From Candidatus Bathyarchaeia archaeon (GTDB lineage Archaea > Thermoproteota > Bathyarchaeia > TCS64), in the NCBI GenBank assembly GCA_050014495.1, contig JBEKDF010000064.1, positions 1-10,054 of the forward strand: a stretch of DNA of 10,054 bases, written 5' to 3'. The notes below the pieces were generated by a model, which was given only the letters and a program-made list of their open reading frames with translations, ran no database searches and was not told the DNA's origin. This document shows, piece by piece, positions 8,340-10,054 of the stretch (the first letter of the stretch is position 1; every line of letters begins with the position of its first letter). Position numbers and translations under genes: made by a program.

Positions 8340-9317
8340 TTACTTTATGTAATCGTCGAACTTCCAGTAGTGCTCCTCTTCCTGGATCACGATGTCCTCG
8401 AACATTCGCCTAGTCAGAGTATCCCCACGCTTCATGGCCTCCTCAATTATCTTCCTGTAAAGGACAATAGCGTCGTTCTCAGCCGCGTGGTCGAGCATAA
8501 GGAAGTCGTCAGCGGTATCACCCACCTTGGGAAGTGGGTCGGGTAGGACAGTCGCCTCGCCCTCCAGGAGGTAGATCCTCTCAGATATCTTCTCCAGGTG
8601 ATCCATCTCCTGCATGAAGATGGGCTTTAGGAGCTCACTTACAGCTTTTGTCTTGTTCTTCTCCGTAATTATCTCGAGGGCTGTTTCCTTCATGCGTAGG
8701 CTAAGCAGAGCTGCCTTCTCATGCTGGTTTGTATACTGGATAATGGCCATGATCTCGCTTGCAACAGCCTTGTTTAAGAGGGCAAAGTAGTCTTCAGTGA
8801 AGACTTTTCTCCACTCGGAGGGTTTTCCAGTCTCTTCCTGGGGTTCGTCCCTAATTTTGATGTACTCTTGGAACTTGAAGAGGTGCACCTCCTCTTCCCC
8901 GTAGATCTTCTCGAAGAGTTCGTGGGTCTCGTAGTCCCCTGCCTTCCTTGCCTCGTCTATAATCGTTCTATATAGTATGAGTGCCTCCTCCTCGGCTTTG
9001 ACCCCGAGTTTGGCGAACTCACTAAGGGAGTCCCCGACGACGGGTTTCTTCGACTTAGTCGTCGCCAAGCCACCAAGGTAGTATATCCTCTCTATGATCG
9101 AGGCAGCATGCTTCATCTCCTGTATGCCGATCTCCCTCAGGAACTTACCTACGGCGTCGTACGTCGTCTTGTCGAGGAGGATGTTCTCGGGGAGTTTTTT
9201 CATGATGAGTTTCTCCATCTTACCATGTTGAAGCAGGTACTGGATAGAGACCTGAATCTCCCTAGCTACTGCTTCGTTAAGAAGATCGATATACTCGGGT
9301 GTAGTCTTGACAGCCAT
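8340..9317 (-). CDS. Tandem two-domain bacterioferritin/ferritin-like di-iron protein
   Basis: Two homologous ~150-aa repeats each follow LLNxAVAxE..IQY..QH...QEMxH...I.ERIY.L.G...AE..A..LYR.II.EA...GD..T...FE.I...EExH..KF..Y. The ligands are E20/E67/H70/E109/E142/H145 and E188/E237/H240/E280/E313/H316. Confidence 0.9.
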   Translation of the reverse strand: MAVKTTPEYIDLLNEAVAREIQVSIQYLLQHGKMEKLIMKKLPENILLDKTTYDAVGKFLREIGIQEMKHAASIIERIYYLGGLATTKSKKPVVGDSLSEFAKLGVKAEEEALILYRTIIDEARKAGDYETHELFEKIYGEEEVHLFKFQEYIKIRDEPQEETGKPSEWRKVFTEDYFALLNKAVASEIMAIIQYTNQHEKAALLSLRMKETALEIITEKNKTKAVSELLKPIFMQEMDHLEKISERIYLLEGEATVLPDPLPKVGDTADDFLMLDHAAENDAIVLYRKIIEEAMKRGDTLTRRMFEDIVIQEEEHYWKFDDYIK

Positions 9318-9355
9318 TCTTCACAACCTTCTGAATGAGTTTCTGGTATCAAAGG

Positions 9356-9394
9356 ATATTAAGGATTCGTAGGAAATATTAACGGATTTAATAT
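9356..9394. promoter_or_regulatory. Promoter/operator region of the ferritin-like gene, with ATATTAA direct and inverted repeats
   Basis: ATATTAA occurs at 9356-9362 and 9376-9382 (20 nt apart), and its complement TTAATAT at 9388-9394 forms a perfect 7-5-7 palindrome with the second copy. Confidence 0.45.
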
Positions 9395-9421
9395 ATCTCG
9401 ATATTTGATGTCGTAAGTGGC

Positions 9422-10054
9422 TTAGTTTTTGATGAGGCCCAGAATCTTCCTCGCTTCATCGGGTTTTGCTACTTCGATGTTTAGTGCCTCCGCAATTGTA
9501 ACGATCCTCTTCACAAGGTCCGCGTTGCTCTTCGCGAGCTCCCCATGCCGGATGTAGATATTGTCCTCGAAACCCACGCGAACATGTCCACCAAGTGTCA
9601 TCGCGAAAGCTCCCATCGGTAGCTGAGTCCTACCTAAGGAACAGACACTCCATGTCCAGTTTGGGCTTATTTGCTCTACGCCGTAGAGAAGCGTCTTGGG
9701 TGTCGGCGACCAACCCGTAGTCCCGACCATAACAAACTGGACATGCAAAGGCTCACGCAGCACACCGTCCTTGACCAGCATCTTCGTCGCATTGATCATG
9801 CCAGTATCATAGAACTCAAGCTCCGGTCTGATCCCCGCCTCATGCATGTAGCCAACCCACCTTTTAATAGTCGGTATCTCATTCATGAAGACGTTCTCGT
9901 AGGGAGGCGTCCAGAGGTTGATGGTCCCCATATTGAGACTCATCATCTCTGCGCCAAGGGTACACCTCTCCTTAACCATCTCGTCAAGCTTTGACCCTGA
10001 TGTGGGACGTGCCCCCCCCCCCCGTTGTCATATTAATCACAATGTCGCAACGAT
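9422..10054 (-). CDS. Beta-keto acid cleavage enzyme (BKACE/Kce, DUF849; 3-keto-5-aminohexanoate cleavage-like), 5'-truncated by the window edge and frameshifted at G12
   Basis: Motifs EMMSLNMGTIN, PELEFYD, GGHVRVGFEDN, SNADLV and A.PDEARKILGL are present. The upstream family motif RCDIVINMTTGG is encoded at 10052-10017 in a different frame. The listed ATG 9979 is not the true start. Confidence 0.88.
10012..10023. repeat. C12 (G12 on the coding strand) homopolymer tract
   Basis: Twelve consecutive C residues on the plus strand, the longest homopolymer noticed in the window. Confidence 0.95.

Noticed and set aside
9977..9979. ATG 9979 as the BKACE start
   Set aside because: The family N-terminus, including the Zn-binding HxH motif, is missing, and homologous sequence continues upstream across the G12 frameshift.
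4333..9994. Shadow ORFs over the DUF72, cupin, CoA-transferase, LLM, ferritin and BKACE genes (e.g. 5101-5397, 5434-5655, 7353-7838, 9671-9994)
   Set aside because: They are antisense or off-frame to conserved proteins with no independent support. The hydrophobic N-terminus of 5434-5655 is explained by the antisense coding sequence.
5516..10054. A complete lysine fermentation pathway (Kce plus CoA-transferase)
   Set aside because: No kamA, kamDE, kdd or kal gene is in the window, the genes are on opposite strands, and BKACE family members have diverse substrates.
1..10054. CRISPR array, tRNA/rRNA, transposase or integrase
   Set aside because: I saw no regularly spaced repeats, cloverleaf or rRNA-like segments, or recombinase motifs, and the intergenic gaps are short.

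Overview
Gene-dense window, probably archaeal. Evidence: an archaeal-type D-aminoacyl-tRNA deacylase, TATA-like boxes, GGTGA/GGAGG Shine-Dalgarno sites, an apparently leaderless gene and a U-tract terminator. A Bathyarchaeia-like lineage is only a guess. Gene order: dtdA (+); a bacterial-type rhaB-rhaA rhamnose pair (-); a DUF72 protein fused to a SWIM-like Zn finger (-); a cupin plus family I CoA-transferase alpha/beta operon (+); an LLM-class, probably F420-dependent oxidoreductase (-); a tandem two-domain bacterioferritin-like protein (-); and a 5'-truncated BKACE/Kce (DUF849) gene (-) that is out of frame at a G12 homopolymer. No CRISPR array, RNA gene or recognisable mobile element was seen. 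The best novelty candidates are the single-chain double bacterioferritin (two intact ferroxidase sites, both heme-Met positions, an insertion in each repeat, no helix E, palindromic upstream site), the DUF72-SWIM fusion, the poly-G frameshift and the phosphorylative rhamnose genes in an archaeal context. All calls come from motif recognition by eye; no searches were run.
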